A stretch of DNA of 58,194 nt from Candidatus Nomurabacteria bacterium (GTDB lineage: Bacteria > Patescibacteriota > Minisyncoccia > Phycocordibacterales > UBA9973): NCBI GenBank assembly GCA_025361085.1, contig JANYAX010000001.1, forward strand, positions 1 through 58,194, read 5' to 3'. The stretch's first letter is position 1, and each line of letters starts with the position of its first letter. A program made the translations under genes and the position numbers. The notes beneath the pieces were generated by a model that was not told the origin of the DNA, ran no database searches, and saw only the letters and a program-made list of their open reading frames with translations. This document shows, in pieces, positions 17,940 through 27,646 of the stretch.

Positions 17940-19049
17940 ATGATTCGTTTAATTTATAAAAAAATAATAAAACCGATTCTTTTCCTCTTCCCGGCTGATG
18001 ATGTTCATACTTATTTCTTAAAGAAGGGTAGTTTGTTAGGCAGGTTTAATTTTTCTAAATCTTTAGTTAAAAAATTTTTCCTTCATAAAAATGAGTCATT
18101 AGAAGAAAATGTAGTTGGTATTGATTTTACAAATCCGATCGGTCTTGCTGCTGGTTTTGATTATGACGCTGACCTGATTGATATTTTACCATCAGTTGGT
18201 TTTGGTTTTCATACCATTGGGACTGTTACTTATTTACCATATGCGGGGAATCCAAAACCAATGCTTGGCCGACTCCCACAGTCGAAATCTTTGCTCGTAA
18301 ATAAAGGTTTCAAAAGCATGGGGCTTCTGTCTGTTTTGAAGAAGATAAATAAAAGAAGGAAAGAAATACCTCTCGGGCTAAGTATAGGTTCTACGAATCA
18401 GCCGTATAAAAAGATTGAAGAAATGATAGATGATATCTGTGCTTCTTTTCAAATGGCACTCCGAGAAGATTACTTTGATTATTTTGAATTAAATATCAGT
18501 TGTCCAAATTTAATAAATGTTGAGAATCTTAAAGACAAATTTGATGAGCCCATTGGTCTTGGAATGCTACTAAACAAATTGTCATATCTTGGTATAAACA
18601 GACCTTTGTTTATAAAAATGTATTTGGAAAAAAGCGAAGAGAGCACCCTAAAACTTTGTGAAGTTGCCAATACTTATAAATTTGTAAGTGGTTTTATTTT
18701 TTCGAATCTTGTGAAAGATCGTTCAAATCCGGCTTTTGATAAAGAAGAAATAGAAAACGCGGGGCGAGGAAATTTTAGCGGTAAGCCGACCGAGAAAATT
18801 ACAAACAATTTAATCAGCGCTGTTTATAAAAAATATAAAGATAGATTTGTGATTATCGGTTGTGGAGGAGTTTTCACAGGAGCTGATGCTTATGAGAAAA
18901 TAAAAAGGGGGGCAACGCTCATCCAGATGATTACAGGGATGATTTATGAAGGGCCAAGTCAGATTGGCAATATAAATAAAGAGCTTGCTACACTGCTCAA
19001 AAAAGACGGATACAAAAATATAAAAGAAGCAGTGGGGAGTTATAAATAA
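17940..19049 (+). CDS. pyrD: Dihydroorotate dehydrogenase, class 2-like
   Basis: GLAAGFD, ELNISCPN and IGCGGVFTGADAYEKIKRGATLIQ motifs; hydrophobic N-terminal extension. Confidence 0.85.
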   Translation: MIRLIYKKIIKPILFLFPADDVHTYFLKKGSLLGRFNFSKSLVKKFFLHKNESLEENVVGIDFTNPIGLAAGFDYDADLIDILPSVGFGFHTIGTVTYLPYAGNPKPMLGRLPQSKSLLVNKGFKSMGLLSVLKKINKRRKEIPLGLSIGSTNQPYKKIEEMIDDICASFQMALREDYFDYFELNISCPNLINVENLKDKFDEPIGLGMLLNKLSYLGINRPLFIKMYLEKSEESTLKLCEVANTYKFVSGFIFSNLVKDRSNPAFDKEEIENAGRGNFSGKPTEKITNNLISAVYKKYKDRFVIIGCGGVFTGADAYEKIKRGATLIQMITGMIYEGPSQIGNINKELATLLKKDGYKNIKEAVGSYK

Positions 19050-19054
19050 ATAGA

Positions 19055-19077
19055 GGGAGGTGATGTGATCACCTCCC
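19055..19077. terminator. GC hairpin shared by convergent transcripts
   Basis: GGGAGGTGAT-GTG-ATCACCTCCC. Confidence 0.6.
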
Positions 19078-19093
19078 GAATCTTGTAAACTTT

Positions 19094-19225
19094 TTAAGCT
19101 CTTCTGCGGGTTCGATACCGATTCTCTTGCCGCATTTTTCTCTCTGTTACTTTTATCTCTCTCGCCTCTTTTTTAGCCTGTTTAGCCTCAGGTGTGTTGC
19201 AGTTTTTTTTACGTCCGTGACACAT
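19094..19225 (-). CDS. Possible 43-aa highly basic protein (below the ORF-track cutoff)
   Basis: Hand translation MCHGRKKNCNTPEAKQAKKEAREIKVTERKMRQENRYRTRRRA; no clear RBS. Confidence 0.2.
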   Translation of the reverse strand: MCHGRKKNCNTPEAKQAKKEAREIKVTERKMRQENRYRTRRRA

Positions 19226-19351
19226 ACAAATTAGTTTAAGGTTCGACAAAATAGTTTAGTTCTTTATTACTATATTCTTTCCATAAAATTAGTCAACGTT
19301 TATAAACAATTCATTTTTTTATTTAATTTTAAACCGTGATATACTTTCAAA

Positions 19352-19957
19352 ATGAAGAAGAAAAGCCATCTAAAAAAAGACAAAAACATGCTATATACTG
19401 GCCTTGGTGACAAGGGGACTACGACGCTTTTTGATTGCAAGCAAGGGCGCATTTCGAAAAGTTCTATCTTGGTTGAAGCGCTTGGCTCTGTCGATGAACT
19501 CAATGCATATTTAGGAGTTGTGAAAGTATATTCTGACATCGATAAGGTCTCATTGGAAGTTGGTAATAAGAAAATTCCTTATTCAAAAATAATCGAAGAT
19601 ATTCAACAGACACTTTTTGTTATCCAAGCCGAGCTCGGTGGTTCGAAAATGCATGTTGGTAAAAAAGAATTGAATAATATAGAAAAAATAATTGAGAAAA
19701 TTGCTGAGACTATCCCACCCATCACATCTTTTACTATTTCAGGTGGGAGCCTCATAAGTTCTGGTCTTGATTTTGCCCGAACTCTTGCTCGTAAAGCAGA
19801 ACGTAGAGTTATTTCAGTTTCTGATGAGGGAAATAGAAAAATCGGAGTAGGAACTATCTCGTATATGAATAGATTATCTAGTGTTTTATTTGCATTATCT
19901 AGATATGCGAACTATTTTTTTTCTATTGCCGAGAATCATCCAAGCTACAATAAATAA
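19352..19957 (+). CDS. PduO-type ATP:cob(I)alamin adenosyltransferase family protein
   Basis: YTGLGDKGTTTL and ALGSVDELNAYLG motifs; the true start may be ATG 19388. Confidence 0.8.
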   Translation: MKKKSHLKKDKNMLYTGLGDKGTTTLFDCKQGRISKSSILVEALGSVDELNAYLGVVKVYSDIDKVSLEVGNKKIPYSKIIEDIQQTLFVIQAELGGSKMHVGKKELNNIEKIIEKIAETIPPITSFTISGGSLISSGLDFARTLARKAERRVISVSDEGNRKIGVGTISYMNRLSSVLFALSRYANYFFSIAENHPSYNK

Positions 19958-19993
19958 TAATTTATTTCACAATTTTTGTTTTAGGAGTATATT

Positions 19994-20560
19994 GTGGTAA
20001 TGCACGAAACAGATGAAAACCTGATAGAGGGTTATATAAAAGGAAATCAAAATTTTTTAAAGATACTCATAGATAGATACACTCCATCTATTTATAACTT
20101 TTCGGTACGTTTTGTAGGTGTCTCATATGCAGAAGATATAGTTCAAGATGTATTCATCAAAGCTTGGAAAAATATAAAGAAATTTGATATAAAAAAGTCG
20201 AGTTTTAAGACGTGGCTTTTTACCATCACACGCAATACAATAACTGATTATTTAAGAAAAAAGAAAATGATTTCATTTTCGAAGTTAAACAAAGACGAAG
20301 AAGAGCCATATGAAGCAACTATTGAAGATGAAGTTATTTTACCTAGTGAAGCATTAATGAAACTCGAGGATAAAGAATTTTTAAATAATATTTTAGATAA
20401 ACTCCCAATTAATTATAAAGAAGTGCTAGTTCTTTATTATCAAGAAGAAATGACTTTTAAAGAAATAGGGGAACTTTTAAATAAACCTCTAAATACTGTA
20501 AAAAGCTATCATCACCGAGCCCTTATTAAAATGAAAGAAATGGTTGCACCAAGAGTGTAA
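19994..20560 (+). CDS. ECF-type sigma-70 family sigma factor (second copy)
   Basis: Region 2 FKTWLFTITRNTITDY and region 4 MTFKEIGELLNKPLNTVKSYHHRA; AGGAG lies 6 nt before GTG 19994 (alternative ATG 20000). Confidence 0.85.
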   Translation: MVMHETDENLIEGYIKGNQNFLKILIDRYTPSIYNFSVRFVGVSYAEDIVQDVFIKAWKNIKKFDIKKSSFKTWLFTITRNTITDYLRKKKMISFSKLNKDEEEPYEATIEDEVILPSEALMKLEDKEFLNNILDKLPINYKEVLVLYYQEEMTFKEIGELLNKPLNTVKSYHHRALIKMKEMVAPRV

Positions 20561-20573
20561 TTCATACGTATAT

Positions 20574-20978
20574 ATGAGTGTGGAACAAAATCTACAAAAA
20601 TCATTCAAAAATGCAAAATATGAGCCAGATGGTCGACTATCTGGTGATATTTTATGTGTTATTGAATCTAAAAATTTTCAAATAATCAAATTAAAAAAAT
20701 TCGGTTATTTGGGGTTGAGTATATTATCACTATCTGGAAGTATATTCTCTATCAAGATTCTTATCGAACAATCTACAAGGTTAGGTTTTTTCAGATATTT
20801 ATCATTAGCATTTTCAGATGGTGGTATTATCGCACAATATTGGAAAGAATATTTACTTTCTCTGACAGATTCTTTGCCAGTTGTAAGTATTGTTCTTTCT
20901 TTTTTCTTATTGTTCATTTTATTTATTTCAATACGAAAAATGTCTTATCAATTTAAAAACAAATTATTAACAGCATAA
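20574..20978 (+). CDS. Membrane protein, probable anti-sigma factor
   Basis: Follows the sigma gene; two or three TM helices; ATG 20574. Confidence 0.5.
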   Translation: MSVEQNLQKSFKNAKYEPDGRLSGDILCVIESKNFQIIKLKKFGYLGLSILSLSGSIFSIKILIEQSTRLGFFRYLSLAFSDGGIIAQYWKEYLLSLTDSLPVVSIVLSFFLLFILFISIRKMSYQFKNKLLTA

Positions 20979-21007
20979 TTTAGATTTATTAAAAATTAGT
21001 GAACAGT

Positions 21008-21514
21008 ATGAAAAACGAAACAAAGACAAAGATAAAAAATATTTTAGAATCGAAAAGTTTTCGAGCAGTAATCTATACATTGGGAGCATTGGTTCTAGCT
21101 TTTATGATATTCCAAGCCGGGTCTGTATCTGGGTTTAGAAAAGCATCATTTGGTAGAGATTGGGGGAAAAATTATGATATGAATTTTGGTTCTCCTCATC
21201 GTGGTCCTGGAATGATGGGTGGAGAGTTTGGTGATTTTGGAAATTTGCCAAATGCTCATGGTGCAATAGGAAAAATTATTAAAATAGAATTACCAAATAT
21301 AATAGTTCAAGACGAGAAAGATAATACAGAGAAAGTTATTGTTATAAACAAAGATACACAGATTCGTAAAGTCCGCGATCAAATTGCGGAAGATGGATTG
21401 AAAGTAGATGATTCCGTAGTTATCATCGGAGCTCCAAATTCAAGTGGGCAAATTGAAGCAAGATTAATACGAATTTTACCAGCCCCGTTCGATATGCCAA
21501 TTAAAACACAATAA
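21008..21514 (+). CDS. Membrane-anchored protein with a Gly-rich linker and a beta-rich C-terminal module (DUF5666-like, from memory)
   Basis: N-terminal TM; paralogous to the ORF at 25314 and to the C-terminus of the ORF at 16179. Confidence 0.6.
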   Translation: MKNETKTKIKNILESKSFRAVIYTLGALVLAFMIFQAGSVSGFRKASFGRDWGKNYDMNFGSPHRGPGMMGGEFGDFGNLPNAHGAIGKIIKIELPNIIVQDEKDNTEKVIVINKDTQIRKVRDQIAEDGLKVDDSVVIIGAPNSSGQIEARLIRILPAPFDMPIKTQ

Positions 21515-21531
21515 TTAAAGTAATTAAAATT

Positions 21532-23166
21532 ATGATACAAAAAATAAAAATATTTGTCTTAACTCATAGAATTATGGTTGGAGCTGTAGTCGTTGTCGTC
21601 GCTGTTGGTTGTTATCTCTTATTTAAGAAAACTGCTGTCGGTGTTACTCGTTATGTTACGAGTACAGTTGAGAAGGGTAGTATAACAACGATAGTGACAG
21701 GCACAGGACAAGTAGAAGCATCAAATACGATAGACTTAAAACCGAAAGCCACTGGTGATATCGTCTATGTGGGAGTTCTAGCGGGTCAGACAGTGAGAAA
21801 GGGAACGCTCATTGCTAGTGTAGATTCTCGTGATGCAAAAGCGGCGCTCGAAAGTGCAAAAATTTCTTTAGCAAAATTAACTAGACAACCAGATACTCTC
21901 ACATTACTTCAAAAAGAAAATTCTCTCACGAAATCATACAACGATGGGTGGAACACGGTATCTTCATATCTCAATGATACGACTTTGATGTTATCCAATT
22001 TGGAAGATATTTATAGTACTGGATATTTGAGGAATAATAATATTTCAGGTTCAACTCAAACGGGGAGAAATAAAGTTTCGCTAGGAGAAAAAAGTTATTA
22101 TGATGCAAAAAGTAGTATTGATAAAGTAAATAAATTGTACAAGACATTATCTAGATCGAGTAAGCTTGAAGATATTAATATATTAATAAACCAAGCGTAC
22201 GATTCTTCTCTCGTCATGTCTACGGCAGTTAAAAATACTGAATCCGCATTTAATTATATCGTCACTGATCTAAGTTATGAAAATAGTCCAGACACAACAA
22301 CGACGAGATCAAATATTTCTTCATGGCTTTCAGATTCAAATAATTTCGTAGATAATTTATTGTTATCAATAAATTCTATAAAAGAAGGAACTATCTCTTT
22401 GTCAGATACGATTACTGGCTCAGATGAACTTGATATTCGCTCTGCACAACTATCTGTCCAGTTGAAACAAGATGCTGTGAATGATTGCTACGTCTATGCA
22501 CCTTTTGACGGAATTATTGCCACACTTACAGCGAAGGTTGGTCAGTCTTCAGGAACAAGTGTGGGGACTTTAATTACCAAACAAAAAATTGCAACTATTT
22601 CTCTCAATGAAGTCGATATTGCAAAAGTAGAGTTGGGGCAGAAGGCCACGCTTACTTTCGATGCTGTAGATGGGCTTACTATTACTGGTGAAGTCGCAGA
22701 AATCGATTCTGTCGGCACAGTTTCTCAAGGAGTTGTCACATACACAGTAAAAATTAGTTTTGATACTGGAGACAATCTTGTGAAGCCAGGAATGAGTGTT
22801 TCTGCGACAATCATTACCGACATGAAGCAAGATGTGCTTGTCGTTCCAAGTAGTGCAATCAAAACTCAGAATGGAATAAGTTATGTTTCTACATTTGCTT
22901 CACCACTTGCAGCAAGCGAAACTGGAATGCAAGGATCGATATCTCTAACTCAACCAGAACAAGTTGAAGTTGGCGTCGGACTTGTCGGTGACACATCTAC
23001 AGAAATAATTTCAGGATTAAAAGAAGGAAACATAATTGTTACAAAAACTATCACAAGCACTACTACAACTAAAACAGGCACACAGGCACCAAGTATTTTG
23101 AATTCTGTCGGAGGCAATCGTGCTGGTGCTAGTGCTGGGGCAATGAGAGCAACTTTCCATGATTAA
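21532..23166 (+). CDS. Efflux periplasmic adaptor (HlyD/MacA-like)
   Basis: N-terminal TM, long helical region, barrel segment EVDIAKVELGQKATLTFDA; precedes the ABC ATPase and permease. Confidence 0.8.
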   Translation: MIQKIKIFVLTHRIMVGAVVVVVAVGCYLLFKKTAVGVTRYVTSTVEKGSITTIVTGTGQVEASNTIDLKPKATGDIVYVGVLAGQTVRKGTLIASVDSRDAKAALESAKISLAKLTRQPDTLTLLQKENSLTKSYNDGWNTVSSYLNDTTLMLSNLEDIYSTGYLRNNNISGSTQTGRNKVSLGEKSYYDAKSSIDKVNKLYKTLSRSSKLEDINILINQAYDSSLVMSTAVKNTESAFNYIVTDLSYENSPDTTTTRSNISSWLSDSNNFVDNLLLSINSIKEGTISLSDTITGSDELDIRSAQLSVQLKQDAVNDCYVYAPFDGIIATLTAKVGQSSGTSVGTLITKQKIATISLNEVDIAKVELGQKATLTFDAVDGLTITGEVAEIDSVGTVSQGVVTYTVKISFDTGDNLVKPGMSVSATIITDMKQDVLVVPSSAIKTQNGISYVSTFASPLAASETGMQGSISLTQPEQVEVGVGLVGDTSTEIISGLKEGNIIVTKTITSTTTTKTGTQAPSILNSVGGNRAGASAGAMRATFHD

Positions 23167-23866
23167 AGTAACAAACATTATAAAAACATATCAAACTGGT
23201 GATGAATCCTTCAATGCGCTTTCTGGAGTTAGTTTTGAAATTAACGATGGTGAATTCGTGGCGATAATGGGTCCGTCTGGCTCCGGTAAATCCACTTTAA
23301 TGCATATTCTTGGTGCTCTTGATAACCCGACAAGTGGTTCATATATTCTCGATGGCCGTGATGTGTCGACAATGACCGATGATGAACTTGCTGACATTAG
23401 GAAAGATAAAATCGGTTTCGTTTTTCAGGCCTTCAATCTGCTTCCTCGCACGACAGTTCTTCGAAATGTGATCTTGCCCCTTGTCTATGATGGAGTCGAA
23501 GAAAAAGAAAGGATCAAGCGTGCGCGCGAATCACTTTTTGCAAGCGGACTAGATGAAGCTCACTTTTCACATCTTTCCAATCAGCTTTCCGGTGGGCAGA
23601 TTCAGCGTGTCGCGATTGCTCGTGCGCTTGTGAATAATCCGACGCTTATTCTTGCTGATGAACCGACAGGTAATCTAGATACAAAAACTGGTGAAATTGT
23701 TTTGGGGACATTCCAAAAATTAAATAAAGAACAAGGTAGAACAATTATTTTAATTACACATGAACCCGATGTAGCCGAACACGCGGATAGAATTATTACT
23801 ATCCGTGATGGTCTCATTGTTAGCGACAACAAATTACACAGTAAAAGGATTATCAAAGATAATTAA
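23159..23866 (+). CDS. ABC transporter ATPase, MacB/LolD-type
   Basis: GPSGSGKST, LSGGQIQR and [12 protein letters not shown] motifs. Confidence 0.9.
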   Translation: MIKVTNIIKTYQTGDESFNALSGVSFEINDGEFVAIMGPSGSGKSTLMHILGALDNPTSGSYILDGRDVSTMTDDELADIRKDKIGFVFQAFNLLPRTTVLRNVILPLVYDGVEEKERIKRARESLFASGLDEAHFSHLSNQLSGGQIQRVAIARALVNNPTLILADEPTGNLDTKTGEIVLGTFQKLNKEQGRTIILITHEPDVAEHADRIITIRDGLIVSDNKLHSKRIIKDN

Positions 23867-23990
23867 TACTTGTCCCGTACAAAGTCATGCGTGTTATACG
23901 GGATATTGGAATTTTATTAAAAAGATAGTTATATTTTGATTTTATAAATTAATTTATGTTGGTCTTGTAATCAAGACAACTTTGTATGGG

Positions 23991-25211
23991 ATGAAAACTA
24001 AAGATATTTTACAAGAAACATTCATGGCTCTCAAAGGGAATAAAGTTCGTTCAGGCTTAACTATGCTTGGTATTGTTATTGGTATCGCTTCGGTAATCGC
24101 TATGACAGCTATCGGGGCGGGTGCTCAAAGTTCTATATCAGCATCGATTCAATCAATTGGGGCGAACCTCATAATTGTCTCACCTGGGGCACCACGAGGC
24201 GTAGGGCAACAAGTCAATCAAGGACGTGGCTCTGCCAAGACTTTGACGATGGAAGATGCCAATGCTCTTACTGCACTCTCTGGAGTCAAAGCTGTCACGG
24301 CCGAAGTCACAGGACGTTATCAAGTAACTGCCAAAGGAACAAACACAAACACAAGCGTTGATGGGGTAACCTCAACCTATACAGAAGTACGTAATCTACA
24401 AATTGACCAAGGAGATTTCATTAGTGATTCACAAAATCAAAGTGGAGCAAAAGTGGCAGTTATTGGCCCCACCGTACAAACCGATCTTTTTGGTGAAGGA
24501 ACAGATGTTATTGATAAAACTATTAGAATTAAAGGAACACAATTCAAAATAATTGGATTAACAAAAGCAAAAGGAGGTTCCGGTTTTCAAAATGCTGATG
24601 ATATGATTTACATTCCTCTTATTACTGCTCAAAGATATTTTTCAGGAGATCAATATGTAAGTTCGATTAGTGTTGCAGCCGAAAGCGCAGATGTGACAAC
24701 GGCCGTCCAAGAAAATATTACTTCAGTACTTTTAGCTCGTCACAATATTGCTGATGCTACCTCTGCTGATTTTTCTACAATGAATCAAGCCGATATTATT
24801 GCTACTGCATCATCGGTGACAGGAACATTTACAATTCTTCTTGCTGCGGTTGCTGGTATTTCTCTTATTGTCGGCGGAATCGGTATTATGAATATGATGC
24901 TAACAACAGTGACAGAAAGAACTCGTGAGATCGGTTTGCGTAAAGCAATAGGAGCAAAACGCAAAGATATTAATCGCCAGTTCTTAATAGAAGCAGTGAT
25001 GTTAACGTTTATCGGGGGAGTGGTCGGTGTTTTATTAGGGTGGGGTGTTTCGATGGGAGTGACGGCGCTCGGAGTGTTGCAGACAAAAGTTTCAATATCT
25101 TCAGTGTTGCTTGCTTTTGGGGTTTCTGCTTTTATTGGGATTGTGTTTGGTTATTATCCAGCACAACGTGCTTCGAAGTTGAACCCGATAGAGGCATTAA
25201 GGTACGAATAG
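23991..25211 (+). CDS. ABC transporter permease, MacB/FtsX-type
   Basis: TM1, large extracytoplasmic domain, three C-terminal TMs with the REIGLRKAIGA motif. Confidence 0.85.
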   Translation: MKTKDILQETFMALKGNKVRSGLTMLGIVIGIASVIAMTAIGAGAQSSISASIQSIGANLIIVSPGAPRGVGQQVNQGRGSAKTLTMEDANALTALSGVKAVTAEVTGRYQVTAKGTNTNTSVDGVTSTYTEVRNLQIDQGDFISDSQNQSGAKVAVIGPTVQTDLFGEGTDVIDKTIRIKGTQFKIIGLTKAKGGSGFQNADDMIYIPLITAQRYFSGDQYVSSISVAAESADVTTAVQENITSVLLARHNIADATSADFSTMNQADIIATASSVTGTFTILLAAVAGISLIVGGIGIMNMMLTTVTERTREIGLRKAIGAKRKDINRQFLIEAVMLTFIGGVVGVLLGWGVSMGVTALGVLQTKVSISSVLLAFGVSAFIGIVFGYYPAQRASKLNPIEALRYE

Positions 25212-25313
25212 TATTATTAATAATTACAAAAGACGTGAATTATATTTTGGAAAACTAGTTGAAAATAGATGATAGAAATTTTTTATAAAATAATTTACTG
25301 TGTTTTAAAAAAT

Positions 25314-25781
25314 ATGCAAAAAAATAAAAAAATTATTGTGAGTGTTGTAGTTTGTCTAGTTATTGCAATATTAAGTTTTAGTGGTGGGATGATTTATGCC
25401 GGTAAAAATATAAAAGATGCTAATGCGAGTCGCATGAATCAATTCACTCAAAGAGGATTCAACCAAGGTGATGGACAAAGATTTGGTGGTCAAGGTTTAG
25501 CAAGAGGAGGAATGGGCGGAGGTTTTGTTTCTGGTGAAGTTCTATTTATCGATAACAAGAGTATGACAGTTAAAACCCAAAATGGCGGTTCAAAAATCGT
25601 TTTCTTTTCACCAACAACGAAAGTTGAGAAAACCGTTGATGGCACAACAGCAGATGTTATCGTTGGTAAACAAGTTATGATAACTGGTGTCGCAAACACC
25701 GACGGAAGTGTAAATGCGACATCTGTCGAATTACGCACAATCCCATTGGTTGCCCCCTCTAATCTTCCTATTAAACAATAA
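25314..25781 (+). CDS. Membrane-anchored protein with a Gly-rich linker and a beta-rich module (paralog of the ORF at 21008)
   Basis: Same architecture and C-terminal pattern as 21008-21514. Confidence 0.6.
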   Translation: MQKNKKIIVSVVVCLVIAILSFSGGMIYAGKNIKDANASRMNQFTQRGFNQGDGQRFGGQGLARGGMGGGFVSGEVLFIDNKSMTVKTQNGGSKIVFFSPTTKVEKTVDGTTADVIVGKQVMITGVANTDGSVNATSVELRTIPLVAPSNLPIKQ

Positions 25782-25850
25782 TTTATATCAATTTTAAAAC
25801 CGCTCTACTTCTTCTTTGAATTAGAGTGGTTTTTATATATAATATAGAAT

Positions 25851-26465
25851 ATGGATGATATTAAAAAAGAGAGAGAAATTGTCTGGGTTCAGATTTTATA
25901 TTTATTTTTAATTCCGACGCTTCTTTTATATTTCAAAGTTATACCTGGTGATTTGAGAGCCGTTTTGTTGTTTAGTGTCGCTATTCTTCTCCTTGGAATT
26001 GTTAAACACGCTAAATGGACATATGAAGATATGGGTATCCACAAGGAGTATATGCAAGATATAATTCCTTATTCTATTTTCACAGTTGCTGGAGTTTTGT
26101 TTCTCATTTGGCTTGCACAGGTTGTTCCACATGAGCCGTTTTTGAATTGGTGGAAGAATATTAAATTCTTACTTTTATTTATTCCGCTGAGTGTTATCCA
26201 AGAAATTGTTTTTCGTGGGGTTCTAATGAAAATGTTGCAGAAAGTTTTTTCTAACCCTCTTTTTGTTATTGTATTGAATTCTTTAGTTTTCGCTTTTATG
26301 CATGTGATATACCTAAATTCTATGTTTGTTCTCCCCATGACTTTTATCGCAGGACTCGGTTTCGCGTGGATGTATTACAAATATAAAAATTTGATATTAA
26401 TTTCTGCTTCTCACACAGTCCTAAATTTTGTGGCTATGATACTTGGTTTCTTTATCATTCGATAA
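25851..26465 (+). CDS. CPBP-family intramembrane metalloprotease
   Basis: QEIVFRG (ExxxR), FAFMH (FxxxH) and HTVLN (HxxxN) motifs in TM helices. Confidence 0.75.
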   Translation: MDDIKKEREIVWVQILYLFLIPTLLLYFKVIPGDLRAVLLFSVAILLLGIVKHAKWTYEDMGIHKEYMQDIIPYSIFTVAGVLFLIWLAQVVPHEPFLNWWKNIKFLLLFIPLSVIQEIVFRGVLMKMLQKVFSNPLFVIVLNSLVFAFMHVIYLNSMFVLPMTFIAGLGFAWMYYKYKNLILISASHTVLNFVAMILGFFIIR

Positions 26466-26504
26466 ACAAGAGTGTTGGATTATTTTTATTAGATTAGGTA
26501 TTAT

Positions 26505-27038
26505 ATGAATATGAAAAAAGAAACTAAAAAAACTACAAAAAAAGAGACAGAAGTGAAATACAAAAGACCATCTTGGGATGAATATTTTATGGATATTGTT
26601 CACGCTGTAGGTGCTCGAGCTACTTGTGACAGGGGGCGTACAGGGGCGGTTCTAGTCAAAGACAAGCACCTTATATCGACTGGCTACGTTGGGGCTCCAG
26701 CAGGGTGCAAAAGTTGTGATGATATAGGGCACGAAATGCATACCGTCACTCATGAGGATGGAACTATATCTAGGCACTGTATACGAACAAGTCACAATGA
26801 AGAGAATGCCATTGCTCAAGCAGCTAGAATGGGTATAAGCACAGAAGGGGCAACTTTATATTGTATGATGACTCCATGTTATACTTGTGCCAAGCTTTTA
26901 ATAAATGCTGGGATCAAAAGAGTCGTCGCCGAGAAGGACTACCACGCGGGAGCTCGTAGTAAAGAAATTTTTAAAGAAGCTAAAGTCAAATACGAATTAT
27001 TAAATAAAGATATGGTGACATATAAAGATATGAAATAA
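26505..27038 (+). CDS. dCMP deaminase (ComEB-like)
   Basis: HNEENAI (HxE) and PCYTCAKLL (PCxxC) zinc motifs. Confidence 0.85.
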   Translation: MNMKKETKKTTKKETEVKYKRPSWDEYFMDIVHAVGARATCDRGRTGAVLVKDKHLISTGYVGAPAGCKSCDDIGHEMHTVTHEDGTISRHCIRTSHNEENAIAQAARMGISTEGATLYCMMTPCYTCAKLLINAGIKRVVAEKDYHAGARSKEIFKEAKVKYELLNKDMVTYKDMK

Positions 27039-27042
27039 TCTT

Positions 27043-27594
27043 ATGAATAAAATAATCATCGGGCTCGTGGGAACTTTAGCCAGTGGAAAAGAAACAATAA
27101 AAAAATACTTAGTTGAAAAATATGAAGCGAAGGACTGTAAATTCTCGTCGAGTTTACGTGATGTTCTAGACAGATTGTCTTTGTCGGTAAGTCGTGGAAA
27201 TCTGCAGAAAATTTCAACAGTTTTGCGTGAGGCCTTTGGGGAGAATTTGTTGGCAAAAACTATTGCTTCAGATGCTTCCAAGTTAGATTCTAAGATTGTT
27301 GTTATCGATGGGGTTAGAAGGTTTACTGATCTAGAAAATTTGAATCAATTACCAAACTTTATATTGGTTAAAGTTGATGCAGATCCAAAGATCAGATATG
27401 AGAGAATGAAAATACGTAATGAAAACGAAGGAGATGATCAAAAAACATATGAAGAATTTTTGGCTGATCATGAGAAAGAAGCAGACAGACAAATACATGA
27501 TGTAATGAAGTCCGCTAAATATGAAATAGAAAATTCTGGGAACCTAGAAAATTTATATAAGCAAATAGATGAGATATTGGTTAAATTAAATTAA
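27043..27594 (+). CDS. P-loop nucleotide/nucleoside kinase-like protein
   Basis: Walker A GLVGTLASGKET; size and context suggest a (d)NMP kinase or CoaE-like fold. Confidence 0.55.
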   Translation: MNKIIIGLVGTLASGKETIKKYLVEKYEAKDCKFSSSLRDVLDRLSLSVSRGNLQKISTVLREAFGENLLAKTIASDASKLDSKIVVIDGVRRFTDLENLNQLPNFILVKVDADPKIRYERMKIRNENEGDDQKTYEEFLADHEKEADRQIHDVMKSAKYEIENSGNLENLYKQIDEILVKLN

Positions 27595-27646
27595 CAAAAA
27601 ATCCCCAATTTGATCCGTACCCTATAAAGTAGACTCAAAATAAAAG

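Noticed and set aside
19055-19077. GATCACCTCC, identical to the 16S rRNA 3' end, suggesting an rRNA gene fragment
   Set aside because: It is one arm of a short perfect hairpin after pyrD, and there is no flanking rRNA-like sequence.
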